The notes under the pieces are model-generated. The model was not told the DNA's origin, searched no databases, and saw only the letters and a list, made by a program, of their open reading frames with translations. Below, in pieces: positions 9,762-19,278 of a stretch of 64,000 bases of DNA. Numbering within the stretch: position 1 is the first letter of the stretch; each line of letters starts with the position of its first letter. A program made the position numbers and the translations under genes. This stretch comes from a virus (lineage: Duplodnaviria > Heunggongvirae > Uroviricota > Caudoviricetes): IMG/VR virus record IMGVR_UViG_3300040801_002714, positions 20,436 to 84,435 of that record. One strand, 5' to 3'.

Positions 9762-11762
9762 TTATACGTATGTAACGATGATTGTTGCGGAACCTGTGGT
9801 TGCTCCGCCGGCAGTGAACGTGGCGTTGATGTCTACATCGTTGCCAGTCTGGTAGATAAAGTCGGGATTAGCTTCGTATGCACCGACGCTGGATAGGTCG
9901 ATAAATGCATCCGGCATGAGGGAATCTGTATCGGTTATATCGCCAATCTCTAGTGTAGGTGTTCCGTCAAATACAGAAGTAACTTCTACAACTACACTGG
10001 TAACTCTACGACCATTGCTGAGTGTTCCGATTAGTGTAGTCAATCCACTTGCGTTAGTTATAGTAGCTGTTAATGATCGAGCGTCTGTTGCTGTGCTATC
10101 TTCATTGCCTGTTTGTACCCAGCCAAATCCGTCCCAGATATAAAGTGCCCACTCGCCTGCATTGTTACCGGCACCGTCGTCGTTGTCGATAACGTAGGCC
10201 TGTTCGCCCACTGTGCCCATTGCAGGACGATCGCCTAGTGTGTTGTAAACAGTCACGCCACCGCTGCCTGGTGTAACAGCAAATTGCTCTACAACAAGCC
10301 CCGAAGGTAGAGCACCGTTTCTCACACTTTGCAAACCTAAATCAAACACCGGTGTTCCAGTTTCGTTGGTAAAGATGATACCACTACCATCAGCATTCGT
10401 GAATCGAATAAATGTGCCTGAGCTTGCTGGCGTACTTAACGGTACACCTGAGCCCGATGCTGGACCTGCAAAAGGTGTTCCACTAGTGTCGTTTGTAACG
10501 TTGACGATAGTTATTGGACCGCCACTTGCATTTTGTATTGTGAGTGAACTTGAACCTACACCAACTGCGGAAATATCTGTAATGCCAGCAGCATTGATCG
10601 TGTTTGCCATATCAGCAGCATTTGCAATAGCAGATCCAAATTCAATTGTTCCGTTAGTGACATCGTTAAATGTTACCAGTGTGCCGTTTATTGTGGCTTG
10701 TGTAGTTGTACCGATGTTTGCTACAACTCCGTATAGTAAGTTTCCAGGCACAGATGAAACTGAAGTAGGTGTCGGCAATTCTTGTGCAGTTACGTCGTGC
10801 TGACTTGTGGTTCCGTTAACGTCGCTTACTACGCTAGTTAAAGTAGATCCGGAAAAGGTAACCGGAACAGAGTTTATGCCTAGTACCGAGCCAACGTTGA
10901 CTGTGGTTAACGTGCTGTCAGTTACGTCTGGTGTAGAATCGGTTAACTGAATGTATGCAACTTTTGATGTGGTCCCTGGTGTCGTAGACAGGTTACCGGT
11001 AGTAGGATCAACATAAATTAGATCGCCTGCTGAGCCAGGAAGCGGCGGGTCAATGCCTTCTACTACTCGTGTAGTAGGAATAAAATAAAATACGTCAATG
11101 CCTGGACCTGTTCGGTCAACGGTACCTACCATTCTCTGTAGTTCGGCATCGCTGCTTACAGGTTTAAACAAGCCATCAGCAGGGTCTACCCATATACTAA
11201 CATTGTCTTGGAGACCGTGTCCACTTTGGAACACTCTCTGCCTAAACAGAGGATTGTTATTGTTAAAGCGTCCCAATACTTCTTGGCTGAATGTAAAGTC
11301 AGCAAGAGTAGAAGGTAGTGGGTTTAGAATAGGCAAACGCATTCCGTTGATCTCAAAAATCACAACAGAGGACGGTGTCGGGAAAATGCCGATACCGTTT
11401 ACATCTAAGAACGTATTGTACCTGTCGACATCCTCAACTGTGACAACAACTGTGTTGATCGAGCGAGACACAATGCCGATGATTTTCAAAGAGCGGCCCT
11501 GATCTGTGTCAGCTATCCAATTGCCAACATATACATCAAGTCCGTTATAAACAAATGGTTCTCGTGTGCTAGGATCGCCGTGTTGCTGTGCAGACACATT
11601 CAGTGTGAGCTCCCAACGATACGGTCTAGAGGATGTGCCGCCTACCCAATAAGGATCTCCCGGAAAGTCCTCATATGGCCACGCTTCTAAATCTGTTATA
11701 GAAGTTGCAGTGGCCGAGAGTACTTTGTTAGGTTGCTGCCTGTTGTCAGGTAGTGCGCTCAC
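9762..11762 (-). CDS. tail fibre or baseplate-like structural protein
   Basis: 666 aa, Thr/Gly/Ser-rich; C-terminal domain (...GDITDTDSLMPDAFIDL...SATIIVTYV) homologous to the C-terminus of 6961-9663. Confidence 0.6.
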   Translation of the reverse strand: MSALPDNRQQPNKVLSATATSITDLEAWPYEDFPGDPYWVGGTSSRPYRWELTLNVSAQQHGDPSTREPFVYNGLDVYVGNWIADTDQGRSLKIIGIVSRSINTVVVTVEDVDRYNTFLDVNGIGIFPTPSSVVIFEINGMRLPILNPLPSTLADFTFSQEVLGRFNNNNPLFRQRVFQSGHGLQDNVSIWVDPADGLFKPVSSDAELQRMVGTVDRTGPGIDVFYFIPTTRVVEGIDPPLPGSAGDLIYVDPTTGNLSTTPGTTSKVAYIQLTDSTPDVTDSTLTTVNVGSVLGINSVPVTFSGSTLTSVVSDVNGTTSQHDVTAQELPTPTSVSSVPGNLLYGVVANIGTTTQATINGTLVTFNDVTNGTIEFGSAIANAADMANTINAAGITDISAVGVGSSSLTIQNASGGPITIVNVTNDTSGTPFAGPASGSGVPLSTPASSGTFIRFTNADGSGIIFTNETGTPVFDLGLQSVRNGALPSGLVVEQFAVTPGSGGVTVYNTLGDRPAMGTVGEQAYVIDNDDGAGNNAGEWALYIWDGFGWVQTGNEDSTATDARSLTATITNASGLTTLIGTLSNGRRVTSVVVEVTSVFDGTPTLEIGDITDTDSLMPDAFIDLSSVGAYEANPDFIYQTGNDVDINATFTAGGATTGSATIIVTYV

Positions 11763-11770
11763 AGGTCACC

Positions 11771-13858
11771 TTAGAACATGAAGAATACAATAGTATGTTC
11801 GTTAACGGCGCCTGCTGTGTCGTTTGCATTTAGCTGTAATCTTATTTTACCGGTAACCATGTTAGTTAGCAGTTCGCCTGGGCTACCTGCAGAACCACCT
11901 GTGTCTACAATGTTTCCTAGTGCGCTGGATAGAGCAGGCATAGTCATCTTATAACCAAAGCCTCCTGCAAATCCGCCTACGCCAGTAAGGTCTTGGTAAG
12001 CATAGTAGATAATGCTTGTAGGTGGTCTGTTATAAGAAAATTCAAAGTTCACATATCTGGATGCTTCAATTGTGGTGCTTGTGATTCCGCTTGTTGCATC
12101 CTGCACACTGGTAATTGTTCCCAGGGCATTGTAGTTAATGCGAATGCTCTCTACAGTAGAACTTGTTGCACCAGGAGCAGCAGGCTCCCATGTGCTACCT
12201 GTGTTGTTCCAAGTTAATACGTCGCCGTCGTTCGGAGCAGAAGAACTTACGTCGTCTAAGTTGCCAAGCTCTGCACCAAATTCTACAGCATTGCCTGCAG
12301 CATTAACTCTAAGGATGTTAGTGGTTGCACCAGTATAGTTAGCTGGCGTATCTGTTAGACCAACAAAGTCGAAATCAGTGAAAGTAACAGCAGTTTCTGC
12401 ACCGTTGACTTGTAGAACTTGTCCAGCAGCACCAGAGTAATCAACTGGTGTGTCAGTAAGACCAACGAAGTCGTTAGTATCAAATACAAGAGCAGTTCCT
12501 GCAGGGTTAACTTTAACAATTTCGTTTGCTGCACCGGAGTAGTTAGCAGGAGTATCTGTAAGAGCAGTAAACTCTGTTACGCCGGATGGTGGAGTAATAA
12601 ATTCAAGAGCAGTTTCACCTACGTTAACTGCAACTACTTGGCCAGCTGCTCCAGTAAAGTTAGCAGGAGTATCAGTAAGTCCAGTAAATTCAGTTACGCC
12701 TGAAGGTGCTGCCACAAACTCAAGTCCGTTACCAGCAGCGTTAACACGCACAAACTGTCCTACTGCGCCAGTATAGTTAGCAGGAGTATCAGTTAGTTCA
12801 ATAAAATCAAAGTCGCCAAATGTAACAGCAGTTTCGCCGCCATTTACACGAAGTACCTGGCCGCCTGCTCCGGAATAATCAACTGGAGTATCGCTCAAAC
12901 CAACGAAGTCGTTGTCGTCAAAAATAAGAGCAGTACCTGCAACGTTGACCTTAACAACATTGCTAGCTGCGCCCGAGTAGTTAGCTGGAGTATCTGTTAG
13001 GGCAACAAACGATGTGTCGTCTGCAGAAATTAGAATGTTGTTGGCGTCGCCACCGAACGAAATGTTTGAACCTGGGCTCAGTGTTTTAAAGTTTAGTGTA
13101 CCGCCAGTTTCGTCACGGAATACTTCTGCGGTTCCTACACCTACGTTTGCCGCGCCAGTAATAGTACCAGTCGGCGGAGCCACAAACTCAAGTGCATCTT
13201 CTGTGCCGTTAACTGCAACAAACTGTCCTGACTGACCAGTGTAGTCTGTAGGAGTATCTGTTAGACCCGTAAATGTTGTAGAGCCAGAAGTAATAGTTAC
13301 AGGCTGGAATTCACCAGCAGTGTTATTCCATGCTAGCACTTGTCCATCTGTAACACCTGTGGTATCAACGTCATCAAGGAAACCAATTATGTGGGTGTGG
13401 TCTCCTCTAGCAGCAATATTTAACGATCCGTTAATGGTGCTGGTAGTTGTAAAGTCCACATTCAGTGTGTCACTCACAATCGATAGTCCAGTGCCTGCAT
13501 TTACGTCTAGTACTGGATCTAGTGCAGTGCCAGAGTTAGCAAGTCCTGCACCAGCTGTAACGCTGTTTACGCCGCCAGGTGCAATGTTAGTGAATTCTAC
13601 GCCATCTTCTGTTGCGTTAACAATTAGAACTTGTCCTGCCGCGCCTGCGTAATCAACAGGGGTATCAGAAAGATCTAAAAATGCAGTAGTGGTGCCGGCT
13701 GCTTGAAGTTGTACAATCTCTTCGCCCGAGCCGTTATCTCTTTTGAAATAAACTGTGCCGTCGAATGTATTAACCGCTAGTTCACCGAACAACAGTTCTG
13801 CTGTTGTTGGAACTGCACCGGTTGTGTTATTGGTTTTTAGTTTAATAGGTAATGCCAT
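11771..13858 (-). CDS. tail fibre protein with about 12 tandem 35-aa repeats
   Basis: Repeat unit F-x-GLTDTP-x-Y-[ST]-GAAGQ-x-[LV]-x-VN-x-G-x-A-[LV]-EF; N-terminus MALPIKL...ELLFGELAVN is fibre-like. Confidence 0.75.
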   Translation of the reverse strand: MALPIKLKTNNTTGAVPTTAELLFGELAVNTFDGTVYFKRDNGSGEEIVQLQAAGTTTAFLDLSDTPVDYAGAAGQVLIVNATEDGVEFTNIAPGGVNSVTAGAGLANSGTALDPVLDVNAGTGLSIVSDTLNVDFTTTSTINGSLNIAARGDHTHIIGFLDDVDTTGVTDGQVLAWNNTAGEFQPVTITSGSTTFTGLTDTPTDYTGQSGQFVAVNGTEDALEFVAPPTGTITGAANVGVGTAEVFRDETGGTLNFKTLSPGSNISFGGDANNILISADDTSFVALTDTPANYSGAASNVVKVNVAGTALIFDDNDFVGLSDTPVDYSGAGGQVLRVNGGETAVTFGDFDFIELTDTPANYTGAVGQFVRVNAAGNGLEFVAAPSGVTEFTGLTDTPANFTGAAGQVVAVNVGETALEFITPPSGVTEFTALTDTPANYSGAANEIVKVNPAGTALVFDTNDFVGLTDTPVDYSGAAGQVLQVNGAETAVTFTDFDFVGLTDTPANYTGATTNILRVNAAGNAVEFGAELGNLDDVSSSAPNDGDVLTWNNTGSTWEPAAPGATSSTVESIRINYNALGTITSVQDATSGITSTTIEASRYVNFEFSYNRPPTSIIYYAYQDLTGVGGFAGGFGYKMTMPALSSALGNIVDTGGSAGSPGELLTNMVTGKIRLQLNANDTAGAVNEHTIVFFMF
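12300..13690 (-). repeat. in-frame tandem repeats of about 105 nt, coding
   Basis: Recurring nucleotide blocks (e.g. agttagc[at]gg[ac]gtatc[tag]gt[ta]ag) match the protein repeats; imperfect, in frame, no spacers. Confidence 0.7.
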
Positions 13859-13875
13859 GACCTAACCTGTCTCCG

Positions 13876-14319
13876 TTAATATGTTCCACCGTCGATGAAG
13901 CTGGCAAACTCAACTGCTGTTTCTGAATTATTTACCTGGAGCACAAAGCCGCCTGATCCGTTGTAGCTGCTCGGAGTATCTACCAAGCTCAAGAATGTAG
14001 CAATTGTGGTACCATCAATAGTAAATGTCGGTGCACCAGGCGCAGGACTTCCGCTGCCGTATGTGCCACCGTCCAATTCGGGTATAAAAGTAACTGCGGT
14101 TTCAGTTGGATCTACAGCAAGAAGAAAACCTGCTGCGCCAGAATAGTTAAGAGGTGTGTCGCTCAGTCCAACAAAGCTCTCAAAGTCTAAGTCAGGAGCA
14201 ACACTGTTTACCCATGCTTTCTTTTCAGAATCGTATACAAGCAATTCGCCTTGTACAGGATTGCTGATGCAAAACGTTGGTGCATATTTGTTTAAAATTG
14301 CATTCTGCGACGAAATCAT
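13876..14319 (-). CDS. small fibre-associated protein carrying two copies of the same DTP-x-Y-xG repeat
   Basis: 147 aa; FVGLSDTPLNYSGAAGFLLAV and FLSLVDTPSSYNGSGGFVLQV. Confidence 0.55.
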   Translation of the reverse strand: MISSQNAILNKYAPTFCISNPVQGELLVYDSEKKAWVNSVAPDLDFESFVGLSDTPLNYSGAAGFLLAVDPTETAVTFIPELDGGTYGSGSPAPGAPTFTIDGTTIATFLSLVDTPSSYNGSGGFVLQVNNSETAVEFASFIDGGTY

Positions 14320-14328
14320 ACTGTCCCC

Positions 14329-14793
14329 TTACAAGCTCAATAAAACGCGGTCAATTTGGCCTAAAAAGTAACGACCATCTGCCTGTGGCATAGGTGTAGG
14401 CTCTATGTAATCTCGGGTTAAAACTGCCCTTAAAAAGGTAAAATTACCCACGAATGTGAACGCTTCTGTGCCCGAGTCACCTGTTGCAAGGTTCATTACC
14501 TGATCCTGACCACCTGTAGGATGCAGAGGATCCTTTGGATATGTCATGAATGGAAATTCACTACAATTGCCCCTAGCATCAATAAGATGAATCCAAAACC
14601 AATCTTCGTCCTGTGGTTCTAGTGCCAGCGTTCCCTGGATGCCAAACCCGCCAGTGAAGTTTTGATAAGTTACCTGTACAGTGTGAAGACCGTCTGTGTA
14701 CCCAAACCAGCTATCTGCTTTGATTGGCTCTCCGACTTTGTTGAAATCGTTGCCAGTATTTGTCAGCATGAGAATAGATTTTCTGGTGCTCAT
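14329..14793 (-). CDS. hypothetical structural protein
   Basis: 154 aa; GAAGG RBS; late motif 25 nt upstream. Confidence 0.5.
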   Translation of the reverse strand: MSTRKSILMLTNTGNDFNKVGEPIKADSWFGYTDGLHTVQVTYQNFTGGFGIQGTLALEPQDEDWFWIHLIDARGNCSEFPFMTYPKDPLHPTGGQDQVMNLATGDSGTEAFTFVGNFTFLRAVLTRDYIEPTPMPQADGRYFLGQIDRVLLSL

Positions 14794-14817
14794 AGTTCAA
14801 CCTTCAGTGTTTTGTAT

Positions 14818-14825
14818 TATTTATC
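14818..14825 (-). promoter_or_regulatory. late-promoter-like motif GATAAATAATACAAAAC
   Basis: 25 nt upstream of the ATG at 14793; RBS GAAGG follows. Confidence 0.45.
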
Positions 14826-14833
14826 AGAAACTA

Positions 14834-14842
14834 AATAAATAC
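14834..14842 (+). promoter_or_regulatory. late-promoter-like motif AATAAATAC, divergent partner
   Basis: About 36 nt upstream of the GTG at 14878, which has a GAAGGTGG RBS. Confidence 0.35.
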
Positions 14843-14877
14843 AGTATCAGTTAACAATACTCACAGAAGGTGGTCTT

Positions 14878-16275
14878 GTGCCCTTAAAATTTTTCGGAAA
14901 AACAAATTTACAAGGTTCTTTTACCCTAGGACCCAATGCTGACAACGACTTTGAGAGTGTGACAACGCTGCTAAAGTTCGAAAGTGGCGTTGATGATGAA
15001 ATACCCGGCAATACATATTCGCTAGCAGGATCAGCAGCAATTTCGTCTGCTCAAGCCAAATTTGGATCACAGAGTCTTTTTGTTCCTAGCGGATCGGGCA
15101 ATGCACTGACTATTTCAAACAGAGATTTTGGTTTTTTTGCAGAAAACGAATTTACTGTAGAACTTTGGTATTACTACACAGGCAACGCTCAGGCATCTGC
15201 CCGACTGTTTAAGACTAGAAATGCAGATGCAGTTGCAGGGCTAAATATTTCCCACGATGGTTCTGGTAACGACATTGTGGTTACTTGCAGTACTAACGGC
15301 ACAACAAACGGACTGACCATTACTGGCAATACACCTACACTAAATGATTGGAATCATATAGCTGTAACTAGGAACTCAAGCAATACAGTTACTTTGTGGC
15401 AAAATGGTGCTTCTACAGCTTCTGGTACTTTCTCCGGTGCCCTGCATTGGAACACTGCGGATACAACGGTTATCGGAGGCCAGAGCACAGGTACAGCAAG
15501 ATCCACTGCAGGATACATTGACGAGCTTAGAGTGTCCGCAGGTCTTGCAAGGTATGACGCAGCATTCACTGTTCCTGCAAGTCCTTTCTCGAATGAAAAA
15601 TTTAATCCAGTTAGAGAGATTACTGACCTAGATGATAATCCGAGTTCAGTTACCAGCAGAGTAACGTGGGATGTTGATGCAACTACTGATCGAGTTGCCA
15701 CAAACACATGGACTGGTATAAATTCTCCCTCGATAATAACAGATACGAACTTTGCAAAGTTTGCACCTGGTTCGCTGTACCTAGACAGATCAAGCAGTCA
15801 ATACATCCAAGCTAGTCAGCCGCTATTTCCTTCGACAGGTGACTTTACATTTGAATGTTGGTGCTTCTTGTTTGATCTAGATCCAAGTGGTCGTATACCT
15901 CTTGTTGCACAACACACGTCTGCTAACCCGGCTCGTTTCGTGCTTGGTATTAATAACGATGCAATCATGGGCTTCTTTGTGAACGGCATTGTAACTAATG
16001 CCACTGCTGTTTTCCCGTTCAACAAATGGGTTCATTTAGTTTGGCAACGAGACAGCGCGTCGATGTCTCTGTGGCAGGATGGAGAACCAGTAATCGACCA
16101 AGCCATTGTCGGAGCGGGAGCAGCTCTTGAACAAGCCAATACTACGCTAGGATATTTTGACTTCGGCCCGGAATACTGGAATGGTTATTTTGCTGATCTT
16201 AGAATGAGCGATATTCCTAGATATACTGAAGGACAACCAATTGAAGTGCCAACCGCGCCTTTGCCTATTGCATAA
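14878..16275 (+). CDS. concanavalin A-like/LamG tandem-domain protein, putative adhesin
   Basis: 465 aa; two LamG-like units (W-x-H-x-A-[VW] ... D-[ED]-[LW]-R-[VM]-[ST]); one of only two plus-strand genes in the structural cluster. Confidence 0.55.
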   Translation: MPLKFFGKTNLQGSFTLGPNADNDFESVTTLLKFESGVDDEIPGNTYSLAGSAAISSAQAKFGSQSLFVPSGSGNALTISNRDFGFFAENEFTVELWYYYTGNAQASARLFKTRNADAVAGLNISHDGSGNDIVVTCSTNGTTNGLTITGNTPTLNDWNHIAVTRNSSNTVTLWQNGASTASGTFSGALHWNTADTTVIGGQSTGTARSTAGYIDELRVSAGLARYDAAFTVPASPFSNEKFNPVREITDLDDNPSSVTSRVTWDVDATTDRVATNTWTGINSPSIITDTNFAKFAPGSLYLDRSSSQYIQASQPLFPSTGDFTFECWCFLFDLDPSGRIPLVAQHTSANPARFVLGINNDAIMGFFVNGIVTNATAVFPFNKWVHLVWQRDSASMSLWQDGEPVIDQAIVGAGAALEQANTTLGYFDFGPEYWNGYFADLRMSDIPRYTEGQPIEVPTAPLPIA

Positions 16276-16284
16276 GGAAATATT

Positions 16285-17031
16285 ATGTCTCTTACTTTTA
16301 CTGGAAAAACTACACTTACTGGAAAAACAACACAGAGCCCTTCGGCTACTGATCCACTTATCAGTAACGTGACATCTATTGTAAAATTTCAGTCTTACCC
16401 AGGGAACACTACGTTTCAAGATAGTATTACTGATGCAGTATGGACCGGGCAAGACCAAGCTGAAATTTCAGACGTCGAAAGTAAGTTTGGAGGAAGGTCC
16501 GGAGTTACTACTGGTACTGCCACTGACGAATGGACAACACCTTATGTAAGCGGCCCATATAACTTAGCAGACAGTGATTTTTGTGTAGAGGGATGGATTT
16601 TCCCTCAGACTTCAGGTAGCACCGGACATTTGATTGGACAATGGCAAACTGCCGCTAACTTCGGTTGGAACATAAGTTATAATGATGTTTCCCAAACATA
16701 TGTAGTCGAATGGTCAACCGATGGAAATTTCTCAGCACCTAGATCGATAACTGGCACATCGAGTCTTATCAATCGAGACGAATGGACACACCTTGCGTGG
16801 GTCAGGAACGGAGCAACGGGAACTATGTATGTTAATGGAGTTGCAGATTCGACTACTATTACGTTCAGTACTGATGTTATCTTTAACAGTACTTCCGATC
16901 CACACTTAGCAGGTAGTTCGGGCCAGGGCGATTATTTTCTGGGATACATGGATGATTGGAGGGTCACGATAGGTGACCCTCGCTACATCACAAACTTTAC
17001 TCCGCCGACTCAGTCGTTTCCGGTTCGATAA
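16285..17031 (+). CDS. concanavalin A-like/LamG-domain protein, paralog of the previous gene
   Basis: 248 aa; similar N-terminus (M-x-L-x-F-x-GKT-x-L-x-G); EWTHLAWVRNG ... YMDDWRVT; 3' end overlaps the clpA 3' end by 35 nt, convergently. Confidence 0.55.
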   Translation: MSLTFTGKTTLTGKTTQSPSATDPLISNVTSIVKFQSYPGNTTFQDSITDAVWTGQDQAEISDVESKFGGRSGVTTGTATDEWTTPYVSGPYNLADSDFCVEGWIFPQTSGSTGHLIGQWQTAANFGWNISYNDVSQTYVVEWSTDGNFSAPRSITGTSSLINRDEWTHLAWVRNGATGTMYVNGVADSTTITFSTDVIFNSTSDPHLAGSSGQGDYFLGYMDDWRVTIGDPRYITNFTPPTQSFPVR

Positions 17032-19267
17032 ACGACTCGACTTTCTGCTTGGCTGTGATAGACATCTTGCCGTCTTTGTAGTCGATCAATGCATGACCGC
17101 CTTCAAGCAAGTCACCGTATAGAATGTGCTCGGAAAGTTCTTCGCTGATTTCTTTCTGAATCAGCCTTTCCAGCGGACGAGCACCCATCAGCGGATCGTG
17201 TCCTTCTTTAGCTAGCCATTCTCTAGCTTCAGCAGTAACAGCAATGGTAATGTCTTTGTCTGCTACCTGCTCGTTTAGCATGGAGATCTGAGAATCCACA
17301 ATCATCCTGATCACGTCTGGCGTCAGCTTGTTAAACTCTACTACTTCGTCGAGCCTATTACGGAACTCTGGTGAGAAGTGCTTTTTGACTGCTGCCATCA
17401 TAGCGTCGCTGTGGTACTCGTCGACTTCTTCGGAGAAGCCTATGGTTCTCTTTTCAGCATCAGCAGCACCTAAGTTCGTTGTCATTACCACAGTGACGTT
17501 GTCGAAGTGCACTTTTTTGCTCTTGCTGGAGGTCAAGTGCCCTTCGTCCATCACCTGAAGCATAATGTTGAACACTTCGGGGTGTGCCTTTTCTACTTCG
17601 TCTAGCAGTAACACACAGTTCGGGTTCTGCTCAATTTCTGTGATCAGCTGACCGTCGCCCATTGTGCCTTCGCCGTGACCGACGTAGCCCGGAGGTGCAC
17701 CGATGAATTTCGATACCGTGTGCTTCTCCATGTACTCACTCATGTCAAAACGTACCAGCTTGGTGTTGAGTGCTTCGGCCAAGCGCTTGCACACTTCGGT
17801 CTTACCTACACCAGTTGGGCCCACAAGCAAGAAGTTGCCAATTGGCTTTCCTGATTTGCGCAAGCCTGCTTTTGCAACCTTGATGGCTTTGATCATTTTC
17901 TTCACAGCATGATCCTGACCAAACACCTTGCTGAGCACACGAGTTTCCAGTGTGCGCAGACCTTCGCTTTCTTTGAGGTCGATCATTTCCATAGGAATGC
18001 GAGCCATCTTACTCACCGTACGCAACACGCGATCAGGAGTAACAAAAGGCTCTTCTTCCAGCTTGGCTTTGGCGCCAGCTTGGTCCATGATGTCAATTGC
18101 TTTGTCCGGCAGGTACTTGCCCTTGAGGTAACGAACAGAAAGATCAACACACATATCGATTGTGCTCTCTTCGTATTCTACCTTGTGGAATTCCTCGTAG
18201 TATTTTTCCAGGCCAAGCAGAATGCGCTTGCTGTTTTCCACACTAGGCTCATTCACTTCAAACTTCTGGAACCTGCGCATCAGTGCACGATCTTTTTCGA
18301 TGTGCTCTGCAAACTCGTCGTAAGTAGTAGCACCCAAGCACATCAGCTTGCCTTTTGCCAGCAAAGGCTTGAGCAGGTTGCTCGCATCCATTGTGCTGCC
18401 TGTGGTGGCGCCCGCGCCCATGATCATGTGAATTTCGTCAATGAACAAAATCACATTACCACGATCTTCAATTTCGTTGAGGACGCCCTTCAAGCGATCT
18501 TCAAAATCGCCGCGATACTTCGTGCCTGCCAGCAGTGTTCCGATATCAAGGCTGAACACTGTCTTGTCCGCAATGGACGGAGGTACTTCGCCGTCCACGA
18601 TCTTCTTGGCCAGGCCCTCGGCAATAGCAGTCTTGCCCACGCCCGGTTCGCCCACAAAGATCACGTTATTCTTTCTACGGCGAGCAAGTACCTCAATGGC
18701 ACTGCCGATTTCTTCTTCTCTGCCGATCACAGGATCGATGTGTCCTTCCTGTGACTCCACGTTCAGGTCACGACAGTAAAGTGCAAGGGGAGACTCTTCT
18801 TCGGCCTTACGCTTCTCGTCGCGATCTTTGAGATAGTCGATCACTCTTTCTTCTGTCACTCCTGCGCGTTGCAAGAAGTAAACAGCGTATTCGTTTGTTT
18901 CCTTGAGCAAGGACGTTAGCACAGACTCAATTGAAACTTGATTCTGGCCGGTGAACTTGGCTTCGGTAAGCGCTCGCTGGTACACGCGATCAACGCGAGC
19001 AGTCCTGGTTGCTTTGTAGTTTGGATCCGTTTGCAGAATCAGCGGAGAAATTCTCTGTGCATGATTGTGCACGTGGTTGAGACACTCAGTATTGATCTCT
19101 GAATGATTCGCACCCAGCTTGATAAGGATGTCTTGAATCACACTGTCTTGCAGTAGACCGAGAAGAATGTGCTCGACAGTGATGTACTGGTGTGAATTGT
19201 CGTTTGCTACCTGCGCTGCATAATCAAATGCAGCCTTCGCTCTGTTGTTGTTACTTTCTTCTGCCAT
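16997..19267 (-). CDS. clpA: ATP-dependent Clp protease ATP-binding subunit ClpA
   Basis: 756 aa; Clp N-domain; two AAA modules (GEPGVGKT and GPTGVGKT); IGF ClpP-docking loop (RTIGFSEE); no ClpB middle domain. Confidence 0.92.
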   Translation of the reverse strand: MAEESNNNRAKAAFDYAAQVANDNSHQYITVEHILLGLLQDSVIQDILIKLGANHSEINTECLNHVHNHAQRISPLILQTDPNYKATRTARVDRVYQRALTEAKFTGQNQVSIESVLTSLLKETNEYAVYFLQRAGVTEERVIDYLKDRDEKRKAEEESPLALYCRDLNVESQEGHIDPVIGREEEIGSAIEVLARRRKNNVIFVGEPGVGKTAIAEGLAKKIVDGEVPPSIADKTVFSLDIGTLLAGTKYRGDFEDRLKGVLNEIEDRGNVILFIDEIHMIMGAGATTGSTMDASNLLKPLLAKGKLMCLGATTYDEFAEHIEKDRALMRRFQKFEVNEPSVENSKRILLGLEKYYEEFHKVEYEESTIDMCVDLSVRYLKGKYLPDKAIDIMDQAGAKAKLEEEPFVTPDRVLRTVSKMARIPMEMIDLKESEGLRTLETRVLSKVFGQDHAVKKMIKAIKVAKAGLRKSGKPIGNFLLVGPTGVGKTEVCKRLAEALNTKLVRFDMSEYMEKHTVSKFIGAPPGYVGHGEGTMGDGQLITEIEQNPNCVLLLDEVEKAHPEVFNIMLQVMDEGHLTSSKSKKVHFDNVTVVMTTNLGAADAEKRTIGFSEEVDEYHSDAMMAAVKKHFSPEFRNRLDEVVEFNKLTPDVIRMIVDSQISMLNEQVADKDITIAVTAEAREWLAKEGHDPLMGARPLERLIQKEISEELSEHILYGDLLEGGHALIDYKDGKMSITAKQKVESFIEPETTESAE

Positions 19268-19278
19268 GATTCATTTCC

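Noticed and set aside
12300-13690. Regular tandem repeats of about 105 nt that superficially resemble a repeat array such as CRISPR.
   Set aside because: The repeats are in frame inside a 695-aa fibre ORF, are imperfect at the nucleotide level, have no unique spacers and encode a conserved 35-aa protein repeat.
6961-17031. Possibility that the fibre and lectin genes are diversity-generating retroelement (DGR) targets.
   Set aside because: No reverse transcriptase gene and no template/variable repeat pair with adenine-specific mismatches found in the window.
17909-18754. Long plus-strand ORFs nested inside minus-strand genes: 281 aa inside clpA, also 32412-32954, 42117-42734, 42706-43377, 429-932.
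   Set aside because: They are antisense shadows of confidently identified genes, low-complexity in composition, with no RBS or recognisable domains.
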